Shown: positions 51,120 through 62,830 of the stretch, piece by piece
Numbering within the stretch: the stretch's first letter is position 1
Layout of the letters: every line of letters starts with the position of its first letter
NCBI GenBank assembly: GCA_965112155.1
Contig: OZ218102.1
DNA from: Podarcis liolepis
Lineage: Eukaryota
Length of the DNA stretch: 64,000 bases
Strand: one strand, 5' to 3'
The notes under the pieces: generated by a model
Databases searched by the model: none
Seen by the model: only the letters and a program-made list of their open reading frames with translations
Told to the model about the DNA's origin: nothing
Program-made: the position numbers and the translations under genes

Positions 51120-52976
51120 TCTCTTTTTTTTTTTTCAAGATCAGTGTTGAATTTCTTTTTTTTAAAAAAAAAATTTTATTGGGTTTTCCACTTTTATAAC
51201 AACAAAACACACACACACACACAAAAATGACACATAACAAAACATGTATAAATTCAGCCAATCCTCGTTTCATGACCTTGTTCCCTGACTTCCCCCCACC
51301 CCCCCTCGTGCATCCCAATTCCCAAGATTATATCAACAAATTGGTATTTCTCCTCTTAACCATCTTGTTCTTCTTATTACCTCTTTTGTAATTAAAATTG
51401 ATATTCCTAAGTTGGACTTAAGTTCTCTTCCATCGATTTTTCATTTTGTCTTAATTAAAAATCATATTAACCAAACCTAAAAATCTTAAGAGTTTCTAAA
51501 AGTCTCCTCTTCCCTCCCTCCCATCCCCGGTTTTTGTCCCTTCCCGATGAAAGTCCAAAGTCGAGATTCTCAGCCTGGGTTCCTCACGTCCGAGGCTTTC
51601 AAGTCCCTTTCAGTCCCTCTCCGCCGTTCTTGTTGGTAGCCCTTTATATCAGTCGTCGAGTCTGGAAAAGACATCCAAATATATTCTCTTCCCACAAGGA
51701 GATTTGTAATCAATTGCTGGAAAATTTCCACCAAGCCTGTATCCTCAGAACCAAAGTCCAAACAAAGGCCCCAATCATGCCTCTTTATTTTAAATTCCTG
51801 TATTCCATATTGTCCCAGGGCCTCTTCCTTCTTCTTCTGCATCTTTCGCAGACTTGTGGTAGATGTGTTCCCAAGATCTCCTTGCTTGTATTCCACAGAT
51901 GTCAGCTTTTGGATGTTGCTTCCCAAAGTTACTTTCTCTTTTTCTTGTTTAGTCTCTTCCACCTCTGAAAGTATTGTTTCCTCTTCAGCTGTGGATTCTT
52001 TCTCATTCAAGTCCTCAACACAAACAGCAGAGTTGCCTGTTCCCAAGGTCATAGTCACAAGTTGTTTATTCATAGCCAAACTCTGCTCTTGTAAGGTTCC
52101 CACCAACTGAAACATCCTTTCAATTTCAGCTAGTAACTTTCCATCCACAGCCATTGTATCCATTGTAGTTTCACAGAATTCCCCCTAGGGGGAATCTGGT
52201 TACTTATTAATCTTTTACTCAACAACCCTTTAACTTCTTATTGTTACTTTGTTTCCAACAATTTTGATTCAATTGTGTCTTAGTCCAGGGGGATCTTAAA
52301 CAACAATTTTTCCGCTTTAAATTGCCCGTTTGTCAGCTTTGACAGCTGTCAAACTCCGCGGCTCTAACACAAGCACTAAGGCAGGACGTTCCCGAGCCCG
52401 GGAGGGGGGGTAGTTTAAAACAAAAAGAAGGCTTCTGAAACTCCACTCTCCAGCATAAAATTTCCCTTAGCGAAATCTTGAAAGTTAATGTCCTTTTTAA
52501 CTCACCCCACCAAGGGCAGGCTCTCCAGCTTAGCTCTTATGTCGTTGCTTAGATCTTCTGCAAGGGGGGGGTGCGGACTTCCTTTTAGCACACCCCCCGG
52601 TCGTCTCTAATTCAGGGTAGAAATTTTTAAAGTCCCAATCCGTCTTACTCACGGGTAGTTCTTTCAGTCCAGATTTTCAAGGAAGGAAGTTGGCGCTCTC
52701 TGGTTATGGCTCGCGGCTTCGCTCCACCGAGGTAGCGATCGACTCTCAGTGCCACGCCACCCCCGTATCCCCTCCGCAGCCTTTAAAAAGGCTCTTCGCG
52801 AATCAGGGGGGGCGCTTAAGGCACCCGCCGAGTCTTCAGTCCGCAGGCATCCGCGCCTGCGGTTTTTAAGGGTCCCCGCGTCGCCGGCGCGGCTAAGACC
52901 CATCCTCGGTAGAGCCGATTCCCTCCGGAGCTCGGAGGGAATCCGCCATTTCCAGATCGCGTCAACCCGGAAGTCC
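51120..52976 (-). mobile_element. Full-length non-autonomous L1-dependent retroelement (HAL1-like) with a single ORF
   Basis: 17-bp TSD TGCATATACTGTTTCTC (51103-51119, 52977-52993). The 5' end reads GGACTTCCGG...AAATGGCGG and leads into a CpG-rich 5'UTR. AATAAA (51175-51180) is followed by poly(A). No EN or RT is encoded. Confidence 0.85.
51570..52163 (-). CDS. 197-aa orphan ORF of the HAL1-like element (N-terminal heptad pattern, acidic middle)
   Basis: Intact ATG-to-TGA ORF positioned between the element's 5'UTR and 3'UTR. LLAEIERMFQLVGTLQEQSLAMNKQL suggests a coiled coil. No L1 ORF1p RRM motif (RRxNLRIxG) is recognised. Confidence 0.6.
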   Translation of the reverse strand: MDTMAVDGKLLAEIERMFQLVGTLQEQSLAMNKQLVTMTLGTGNSAVCVEDLNEKESTAEEETILSEVEETKQEKEKVTLGSNIQKLTSVEYKQGDLGNTSTTSLRKMQKKKEEALGQYGIQEFKIKRHDWGLCLDFGSEDTGLVEIFQQLITNLLVGREYIWMSFPDSTTDIKGYQQERRRGTERDLKASDVRNPG

Positions 52977-55900
52977 TGCATATACTGTTTCTCACCATGT
53001 GTACAATCTAATCTGAGGCATGGGAATGACACACATAGAATTAGGATAACAAGAATCTGGCCTACAGGTAAATATGCATGCATTTACCATTTTAGTCATT
53101 AAATATCTTGTATGCACATATTCCCAGCATTTCTTTCTAAGGCTCTTCACATCTCCTCCTTGATTAGACCTTCTGTTAAATGCCCCCTTATTTGCATTCT
53201 ATTATTTCCCTTCCTAAGTTGGCTGCTGAGCACATCATCACCATCTGAATACATATCTGCCATTCAAATATTGCAGTCTAATTATACAAAGAGCAACCCA
53301 GGTAGCAAACATATTGACTGCACCCTTACCTTGGGTTGTGTAGCAGTGCCCACAAAGTGACACAGAGCTCTTGCAAGATCTCACGGAAGCCACCGCCGCT
53401 TCTCTGCCCCCAGTGGAGGCAGCAGGGTGGGCTGCCCAAGGTGGCTGCCTCAGTCTGCCTCACAGGTGGGCCAACCCTGACTATTTCAGACTCCAGTTGG
53501 GGATTTGCATGATTCAATAAATCAAATGTTTATTATGGTACATCAACCATCAAACAAAGTTCAAAATACAAGAAATACAAAACCATACCCTCAGAAGAAC
53601 TAATTAGGAATTACTGACAAGTCTGAGAGATATTACAATGTTCAGATATATTGCCACCTGTAGCAAATTTAATAGTCCTCCTTTTGTAAGACTGACTCAG
53701 CTCAATTGATCTTTCATGATAATCAGTCCATTTCCTCCCCTGCAACTGCAAGCTATTTGCCAATTGCTTATTTCAGCTCTTCCACTTCAAACTTGCTACT
53801 TTGCCACAGCAGGACAACAAATTTTGAAAAGCTAAAGCTAATTTGCTGTTTGTTTTTTTTGAAGTTTGCAAACCTTTTGAAATGCTTGCTATTCAACATG
53901 ATTCATAGAGCAAATGATTTCTCCCCCCCTTTTTTGTTACTTTAAAACTTTGTCCCTTCTTTAAAAATTACAACAGCTTATAGTAGCACACCTAAATTAA
54001 GGGGTGTGTGTGTTAACTTGGAATCTGCAAGAATTCAAGGGTCAGTTTATTAGTCATCTACCCACCTGTCCAAGCTTGGATGCAGTTTTCTTTGATTCTT
54101 TCCTCCTTTTCCATTTCATTTTGGTTCTCTCTTTTTCTGCTACTTCTTTTCTCCTTTCTCCCATCTCCGTTATGCTTTATTCCTTTGGCTGGACTTTCTT
54201 GCTCTTTTTCTACCTCCTCCTCTTTCGAGGAACAAATTCATCTCTGGTGTCAAGCTAGTTGGACAGAGCTGCAGGAATAAACTGCCCCTTTGTCTTGGTC
54301 TCTCCTAGAGGGCGAGTCCAGCAGCCAGGGAATTTGCAAGCAACACATTCTTGCCTCTGCCCTTTTCTGGTTGCCTCCTAATCCACCGTACCAGTAGCTA
54401 TGAGATATATCTATATGTTGGTGGCTGAGCCTATTGAATGATAACACAAATCTTAAGAAGTGAGCCTCTTCACAACATTTCTCCAGGGAGAGAAATTATC
54501 TTACAGTAAGATAGATCAGTTTAACAAGATGAGATTTACCGAAGATTGAATATTCAGCAGAATTTTTGGAAGTTTTTGTTCAGATTACCCTGTAGAGTAT
54601 TACCAGTTTCTTTTCTCTCTAAAACCCATCTGCATTATTTAAAGTGACGGCTAACAGATGGCACCTCTATTGCTTCATGGGGTTACCTTTTCAAAACCCG
54701 CTTCTTCCATGAAGCCTTTGGCACAGCGCACTAGTTCCCATGCCCAGTAGAACACAGCCTGAAACTTAGGCTAAGGATGTGTGACTGAAACTAATGTATA
54801 TTGCTTCCCTGTTTAGCCCTGCCTCTACTTCCCTTCCCTTTCTCTATTTCCCCCATGTTGAATTTTATATTGAAAAGCCATTGGCCAGTAGCCTGTTCTC
54901 TTGTATTCTGTAAAGTGCCATGTACAGTGATGGAACTATGTAGGTAACAACAGCAAGAACAAACAACAACAACAACAACAACAACACTTGTAGGAACCTG
55001 ATATAGCCAGATCCTACTTAACATACATGTACCATAACTGGCTGGATCCACAGACCTCCTGTGGACAGATCAGGAGGAGAAAGTAGAGGAGAGAAAGTCA
55101 CTAAAGTTGGCTGAGTAGCTCTTGCAAATCTGCTATCTGTTCACGTTTTAATCCTGGCTCTTCAGGGGACACAACGTATATTCCAATTCCACTAGAGAAG
55201 AGTGCTTCTTGGATTTTCTGCCAATTCCCTACCACTTAACCTAGCGGTTATAATATCCTGGGTCTAGTCAAATCCAAAGCTCTGACTCTAAAGTGGGGTG
55301 TACCATTCCGTACAAATAAAATAATAATTGCTCCCATTAAACAGCACAGAATGTAGGTTGCACACCATTTACTCAAGGGAATCTCACTAGAGATAACAGG
55401 ACAACTACAGTGAAAGTGGACTGCAACCATAAGCTTCAGACCATTTGGTCTTTCTCTGTCTCTCCCCCCCCCCACAAAATTTGTGTTAGAATAATGCTGA
55501 ACCATTGCTTCTCCTAACCACATCCTGTGGCAATGCCGCAGTGTCTAATTACTCACAGAGTGAAATTAAACATGGGTTTCAACTTTCTTTGTCCATTTTG
55601 AAATTTCCTAGCAGATAACTCTACATCAGCAGCTGTATTCATTAGGAAGAGAATGCAGAGGCTTACTGAAACAAATGCAGGGAGCAATCTACCAAGCACT
55701 GCTGCAGCACAATCTTCACTTCAGTGGGGCTTCTGTACCAAAATGAATGATGAGTGAAGGCTACACAGAAATGGTGCTGGGTGAAATGAACTAAGCACAA
55801 ATGACTGCTTTGTTTCCTGCTATGAAGAGAACAAATGGAAAGCACTGTGGCACCTTGGGAGTCTGACAGTGGCATCCTATGCTTTACACAGTAGCAAGTT

Positions 55901-56554
55901 CCACTGTGTTCAATGCAGCTTGCTCCTTAGTAAGTGCATTCAGGATTGCAAGCTAAGGCTTCAGTCCTGTGCACACGTGTATGGGAATATGACCCTGCGA
56001 ATACAAGAGGACTTATTTCTGAGTAAATACACATGGATCACGCTTCACTTCGTACATTGATCAGGTGTACACGAGGCAGGTACTACATATGGCAAGCTAT
56101 CTTCCGCTGCTGTTCCGCACAATCAACTGCTGCAGGCAGATAGCGCAAATCTGCAGAGCACCAGCTACATAAATTCAGCTTCTAGCAGCCTCCATGACTA
56201 TTCATTTTGTTTCTAGAAATGACCCTCCATAGTTTACCGTGGCTTTAATAGGCCACAGTATTCGACATGCTTAGAATACATTCACTGATTGCAATGCAGT
56301 CTGTGGTCTGCTTTTAGCATTAACTTAAATGGTCTGGACAGAGGTGTAGCAAGGTCAGGTGATACCGGGTGCGAAAATATTTTTGTCAAACCCCCATTGC
56401 AATTTTTGGGAAGTTCTTGAGCTTTTGGGGGGGGGAGGATACCCCAAAGTTGTTGAGCTTTTTAAGGGAGGGTTGGCTGCAGATAGCGCAAATCAGACCT
56501 TGTCAGTGCCGCCCAAGTGCTGTCAATCAATCTAAGTCTCAACATTAACAAATA

Positions 56555-56816
56555 CAGTCATACCTCAGGTTACAGACGCTTCAGGTTGTGGTTTTGGGGG
56601 GCTACGGACATGCCAAAACCTGGAAGTACTGGAACGTGTTACTTCTGGGTTTCGGCAGTCACGCATGCACAGAAGCGCTAAATCGCACTTTGCGCATGCA
56701 CAGAAGCACTGAATCACAACCCTCACATGCGCAGAAGCGCCACTGCAGGTTGTGAATGCTGCTGGTTGTGAACTTGCATCCTGCATGGATCACGTTCACA
56801 ACCCGAGTGTCCACTG
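56555..56816. mobile_element. Tigger/pogo-type MITE, family B
   Basis: TA|CAGTCATACCTCAGG...CCCGAGTGTCCACTG|TA with internal GCATGC(A/G)CAGAAGC repeats. Confidence 0.82.
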
Positions 56817-58199
56817 TATGTAGCATTTGCAAGAAAGGCCACACAAACTTTTTTTTAAAAAAAGCTACTGTTGCCCCGTGATCCAGTCACAATTAACAAC
56901 GAGGTTGGGTGAAAAGAAAAAGTTACATTGCATCCACTGAAAACTGCAGATCAGAATAATGAACACAGAACAATCTTTAAACATTATGGTATATTCTGGA
57001 GACTTAAATATTCCCACTAATGAATTATTACATATAAACTAATAATTTATTAAGGGATTGTTAGTGTGTTGGCTATGATACTGATGGCCAGATGCAAAAT
57101 ACAATTGGGATCCTACAGCTTTAAAAGTTGTTTGGAAGAAGAAGAAATCAGTAGGCACACCTACTTGGCATCTAAGTGGATAGGCTTTTGGTTTAATGCA
57201 TCATCAAGATACACTTGTTGAAAAAGCTGAGAATAGAGATAAAGAAAATATAATGCATTGGGACTCTACAATAAACATATACTGAATTCAATTTAAAATA
57301 ATAAAACTCCTGCCTTGAAAGGGTTAATAGTCATGAGTGGGTCACCCTCTCTCCTCACATCTAATATGAAATAGGTTTATTTGAATAAGATCAATTCAGG
57401 CATAAAATTAATCCAAAATGTGATGCTTTCCAAACTAGTAAAACCTCTGTATTCTATTTGCATTTTTGGTTATGTCACTGGGCATATGATGGATCGAACC
57501 ACAAAATTTCAAAACAGGAAAGTAGATTAATATATTCAACGGATGTTTCCTTGGCCTGGCCCACACATTTTTCAGAAGGGACATTCAAAAATATAATTAT
57601 TGTCCTGCAAGCTTAAATCATGCAGTTCATTAATTCCTGTTTCATTCCACTGCATGTGTAGACCCAGCCTATTTATATGCCAGAAATGTCTTAAAGCTTC
57701 AGAATTAATAGGCATGTAATGCTAAATAGCTTCAGTGAGACTTGCAAGACTTGTAAATTTGTGTGGTGCAACCTTCAGATTATGTTTTAAAATACTGTAC
57801 AATAGAGGTTTTCCCTTGGGTGTTTTTTTGTTTTGCTTTGTTAAATAACCATATATATTTTCGGTTTCTGGAAATAACAAAGGTAAATATTTTTAGGAAC
57901 TTACCTGGTTTGCATGTAACACTAAGCCAAACCATGGTTTAGCATGAGCATGAACAAACAAACATTAAGGTTCTCAGAGTGAAGATTATGACTGCTGCTC
58001 CTCAAGTCCTGCTGCTACAGGCTGAAACCATGGCTTTGCTTTGCACTGCATCCAAGTGGGTGTTTATTGTTTATCTCACGCCAGACAAACCATGAGCAGT
58101 AACTAAGGCTTGCTCTTGATAATGATTGTGGCTTGCTTGGGGGAGACAAACCACAAGCCCAGATTCAGACATGATGCTAAACCACGTTATGGCTTAGTT

Positions 58200-58454
58200 C
58201 ATGAGTAGGCAAACTAAGGCCCGGGTGCCGGATCCAGCCCAATCGCCTTCTAAATCCAGCCCGTGGACGTTCCGGGAATCAGTGTGTTTTTACATGAGTA
58301 GAATGTGTCTTTTTATTTAAAATGCATCTCTGGGTTATGTGTGGGGCATAGGAATTCGTTCATAATTTTTTTTTCAAAATATAGTCTGGCCCCCCCACAA
58401 GGTCTGATGGATAGTGGACCCCCCCCCCCGCTGAAAAAAGTTTGCTGACCCCTG
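58200..58454. mobile_element. OC1-like hAT MITE (second copy), nested in an older palindromic element (~57912-58530)
   Basis: Colinear with 50625-50948 but lacks the duplication. The flanking element has inverted ends GCATGTAACACTAAGCCAAACCATG / CATGGTTTAGCTTAATGTTACATAC. Confidence 0.75.
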
Positions 58455-60333
58455 ACTTAGCCCTTCACTCCAGCAACCTGCATGTTTACTCATTTACACT
58501 AAGTCATGGTTTAGCTTAATGTTACATACAAATACATACATTGTATAACTCTGATGTATCAAACCTAAGTAATTTATGTTACTTACTCAAGAAGGTGTAT
58601 TTATCACTGCCAAATGACTGCTGCTGGAAACTCTTTTGCCAGAAATCTGTTGCTGTGCAACATAAAATAAACTTGGTGATGGAATTCCTTCTGTAAATTC
58701 ACACATGGCTACAATCCTTGGCTGAGTGAATAGCCAAGAAATATATAGCATTTTCCAGATCTGTAGTACTCTAGCCAACAGTAACTTAAGATTCTTAACA
58801 ATAAAAATTATGCAGTTTCGAGCCCACACTGACAGTGTCTTTGGATGTCACAATCAACCATGGTTTATCATGACAAGAATTAGCTTAGTGAAGCCTCAGG
58901 CTCATATATTTCCCACTTTTTTTTCTCCCTTGGCACAGCTGCAGAATGGAATTTGGAAGCTTTCACTTGTGATTAAGCATAGCTGCTTGTGAACTGAATG
59001 CAAAAAAAGGGGGGAAGGGGGGAGAGGTTAATCTGAACTACAGTTTGCTTGCAACAAGCCAACTTCAAATTATGGATTATGAAGCTGTCTTGTTTCCACA
59101 CCCCATCATTATGATTTACCGCTGTTTAGATCTGAATGCAATACTGAATTGCATTTAATCAAAAGCAGAAGCAAAAGCTTCCAAATGCCTTCTCATGTCT
59201 GGAGTAGAGGAGAGGAGCGATGTTGATTCTAAAGGTTCGACTTTGTTCCTGTCACAATAAATGAATGAGTTGTGGCAGTAGAAGGCAATATAAGGTCTTC
59301 TACTTTTCACCCCTCTATTCTCCTGATTTGCCCCTCACATCAGCTGGGGGGGGAGGTGGCTTTCAAAGGAACTCCTAGAATAGTGCATGGGGAAGAAGGA
59401 GAGGGGAGATTGTTCCATCTGGTATGCTGAAATGCTGGAACTGATGAAACTATCTTCTTAAAACTACACTGAATTCCTCCCAATGGTTCTAACAGCCAGT
59501 ATCAGAAAAACCAGTTATGCTTTTTGCACACATGTAAAGCAAAAACTGTTGTTAAGGGCAGGGTATTCTTACACTGAATAATAATGCATACATACTTGCC
59601 ATAGATGGCAATAAACAGGTAGGTTTTTGCCATAGTCGCATGGCAGCTTGGTCATTCAAAATTGTCCCTGGTTAAGGCATCATTTTTTCATGGGGAAACA
59701 TTGCCAATTGATGATGAACTCATAATGAAGGCAGTTTATGAATGGAACATCTTCATCCACCCACTTCTTATGCAAGAGACACAGAGTTTGCACCAATGTT
59801 CCTGTACTGCCGCATGTCCATAAAAATTACAGGAAATAATTTGGCAATGTTTGCTTACTGCAGACCAAGGACACATCAGATCTTTCCCCCAAGTGTTACA
59901 GTCAGAATCGATAGCTCAGTGGTCTATATTAAACTGTGTGATTTTTCAGGTGGGTAACTAACCCTGTAAAAACAATGGGACCCTCCTTACAATGGAGGTC
60001 ATGACACTTTCTGTGCAACAGGGGTAGCTGGATGGGATCTCTGTTAGAAAGTAAGAACTATAAAGAAACCTGCAAACATAACAAATTCATAATGGAATAC
60101 AGTTTCATGGACTAGTCCACTTCATGATAAATTGGACTCTGGTATAGGAAAGCTAATGGCATAAATTTATTATGTATCACAATATATTTTGTTATGCTTT
60201 AAGCAGCCACAGGCCTCTTTGGCTGTTTTAGCTGCAACAAACTAACCCAGCAGGAAGTTGTTACTATTTGAAAGCACCAATGCCCGGCAGGAGCAACATA
60301 GGCATAGATGGCCACAAAGAAACAGATGTCATA

Positions 60334-60519
60334 TCTTCTTATTCCTCTTCTTTGGCGATCACTCATAGCCGAGTAAGATTGTTAAAACTGTGTTTATGGA
60401 AGACAATGAGTCTGTAAGTGACTGTGGAGGCCAATTCTGGTTCCACGTGTCCTTCCACAGTGGAGACATTGGTTTCCGAGCGGGAGTTGATCATGGTGTG
60501 GATTTGCCAAGTGTGCCTT
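60334..60519 (-). mobile_element. RTE LINE 3' fragment (same family as 13821-14323)
   Basis: Reverse complement of the zinc-finger/3'UTR part of the 13.8-kb copy, with a TTC-repeat tail. Confidence 0.85.
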
Positions 60520-61355
60520 ATGCAGTGTTTCTGAGATGTGAAAGCTAGGAGCTAAATGGCACCTTAAACCTAGGTTATGGGCACCGCAATGGAGTGTCTA
60601 GGCTTGCTTTTTTTTAATAACAAGAATACAAAGCTGAAAATGAATGAATCTTACGTTCATTTCTCACATGGCCTAGTCCTCATCTTAAGACTGCAAAAAA
60701 CAAAGCCATACTTACCCCACCCAGCCCACTAATACTGTATTCTTATGCGGATCCCTTTTCCAGTCTCAACAAGTGGCTGGAAGTGGGGAGGCAGAAAAAG
60801 GTTCTCCTTTCCTTCCAGCAGTGGCAGTTTCAGTCTGAAATCTTATGGGCAGTACTGCGCCCAGAGCTCAGAAACTGTTTGCATTAGTGAAATCCCCAAA
60901 CACTGGGAGTTTCGAATGCTAGTCCTATGCAACACACCAGAACATGCCGTATGAAAGACCTTTGCCACAATCTTACTAATTAAAGAGCTGCTGTAACACC
61001 ATACCTAAGGGCACAATCCTATGCACACTTACCCTCCTGAGTAAAACTTACTGAGCACAGTGGGATTTGCTTCTGATCACACATGCACAGTATTACTCAG
61101 CAAGAGAGCTGTTTGAGCAGGAAGCCCTTGCTTTGAATCTTGCTTCTGTGGGGAATTTAAGAAGGAAGGCTGCAATCCCAGCCGCATCTCCCTGAGAGTA
61201 AGATCCCAGCATCAAACCCCAATAGACATGCATCAGACGCTGTTGCGTGCCACTTTTTCGGCTAACCTCAAGTCTGGAAGCTTCAGCCCTGCTTCTCTCC
61301 CCAGTTCCCATCTCCAATATGAAAGCGGTGGGTGGGAAAATACTGATTTCCCTTA

Positions 61356-61497
61356 TAGAATCTTAGAATTGTAAAGTTGGGAGGGGTCTAAAAGGACATC
61401 TAGTCCAACCCCTGCAATGCAGGAATCTTTTGCCCCCCCCCCAACCACCCATGGGACTCGAGATTAAGAGTATCATGCTCTACGGCTGAGCTATCCC
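61356..61497 (-). mobile_element. tRNA-Lys-derived SINE with CR1 tail
   Basis: The minus strand reads GGGATAGCTCAGCCGTAGAGCATGATACTCTTAATCTC...GATTCCTGCATTGCAGGGGTTGGACTAGATG...GATTCTA. Confidence 0.75.
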
Positions 61498-61529
61498 AGA
61501 TTAAAGTTTGCTTAGAAGTTTGAAAGAAC

Positions 61530-62470
61530 GAACGGGAGGCGCTCTGAACGCTCGACAGCGCTATATACATGGCCAGGTCTCAATACTATTGAAGGGGACA
61601 CAAGGAAACAACGGCCTTCCGATCCAAGACAGACGCGGCTCGTCGCGACAGAAAACGCCGGGACTCCCCGCGAGCCACAGGAGGCGCTAGGGCTCCCTCC
61701 GTCTCCCCCACTTTGCGCCGCTGCATCCACGTCTCCCCCTTCCAAGCCACATGGTACGCGCGCCCTGCCAAGGGATGCCAGCGCGCGAGATGGGACAGCG
61801 CGAGTTCATTGGCGGCGCCCGGGGGGGAGACGGGACGACGCTTCTTCGCGCCTTTCCCGCGCTCTCCAGAAGAGGCGAACTGAACTCACCCTCAGCCGGA
61901 GCCGGCAGCGGCTGGCGACGGCGGCGGCTGCGCTCTGGCGGTGCTCGGACGCCAAGCTGGGTCGTAGCAGGCTCCGGGTGAATCTCCGCGTTTTCTCCAC
62001 AGCCATGAGAGGGTCAGAGCGGCTGGCAGGAAAAGTCCGGCGGCGCAGACTGGCAGCGCTCCCGCCTCTCAGCCGCGTTCAGGAAGCGGAACTCAGGGCT
62101 TGCTTGCTTCTTCTCGCTTTCCCCCCTCCGCAGCTCGAAGGCGTGACACGCGCGCTCCCCCCCCCCCCATTCACCTCCGCGGCGCTTTTCTCCTTTTTTT
62201 GGGGGGGGGGGTGCGTCGCAAGGCGAGGCGCCCAAGTTGGCAACTTCAGAACGACCGGCGGGAAAGCTTCCCCGCCAGCAGCCCAGCCGCCTCTTTCTCT
62301 CTCTCTCGCACACGGCTGCCTTGGCCGAGCGGCGTCTAGTCAGCGCCTCATCGTTGCTCCCCGCAACAGGCCGAGGCTGTCAGGGTTCCTAGTTCGCTAC
62401 TGGAAACATCGGGGGCCTCGGGGCAAATGCCCCCTAGAATAAGCAGGAGGGAGCCCCCACACTCCGCAGG
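61530..62470. promoter_or_regulatory. CpG island / promoter of DOCK10 exon 1a
   Basis: There is an abrupt rise in GC and CpG density (many CGCG and GGCGGCGG) spanning exon 1a and its upstream region, in an otherwise CpG-depleted window. Bounds are approximate. Confidence 0.9.
61890..62006 (-). CDS. DOCK10: DOCK10 coding exon 1a (DOCK10.1 N-terminus), 39 codons MAVEKTRRFTRSLLRPSLASEHRQSAAAAVASRCRLRLR
   Basis: The translation matches the human DOCK10.1 N-terminus as recalled (MAGERTRRFTRSLLRPGQAAELRHSAASAAAV...). ATG is at 62006, the exon is 117 nt, and it is followed by a consensus phase-0 donor AGG|GTGAGT at 61890/61889. It lies in a CpG island. Confidence 0.95.
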
Positions 62471-62506
62471 GCTGCCTTGCTACCTGTGAAATAACCCACA
62501 TGCTGG

Positions 62507-62792
62507 CGTGGGAGCCAACTCCTAGGGGGCCGAGATCCCTTCGTAGCCCCCCCCCCCATAGCTGTCAACGTTTCCTTTTTTAAAGGGAAATTCCCTTATT
62601 CTGAATAGGATTCCTCGCAAGAAAAGGGAAAAGTTTACAGCTATGCCCCCCTCAAAATATTTAAGGGGGCCGCCCCCCCAAGTTGATGGGCACTGCCGTT
62701 CAGATGCTGTGTGCACGTGCTGCATCTTGTGTTCAGTTATGAGGGGCGGAGCTCCCCCCCCAAAAAATATCTAATTCAAGTTGGCACCCCTG
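62507..62792. mobile_element. hAT MITE containing a nested 89-bp palindromic MITE (62557-62645)
   Basis: Outer TIRs are CGTGGGAGCCAACT / AGTTGGCACCCCTG with flanks CATGCTGG / CGTGCCAG. Inner TIRs CATAGCTGTCAAC / GTTTACAGCTATG sit in a poly-C tract. Confidence 0.65.
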
Positions 62793-62830
62793 CGTGCCAG
62801 AACTGTACCGTTGGTAAAGACCCTGAGGAT

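Noticed and set aside
51570-51600. ORF C-terminus ASDVRNPG resembling a 2A ribosome-skipping motif
   Set aside because: 2A requires D(V/I)ExNPG-P. Here the Glu and spacing are wrong, and a stop codon replaces the Pro.
52664-53083. 139-aa ORF over the GC-rich 5' end of the retroelement
   Set aside because: It crosses the TSD boundary and is a by-product of high GC content.
39327-61497. tRNA-like sequences (39327-39455, 40045-40240, 44812, 61356-61497; also 23690 and 28149)
   Set aside because: They are degenerate and fused to LINE-derived tails, so they are SINE heads rather than tRNA genes.
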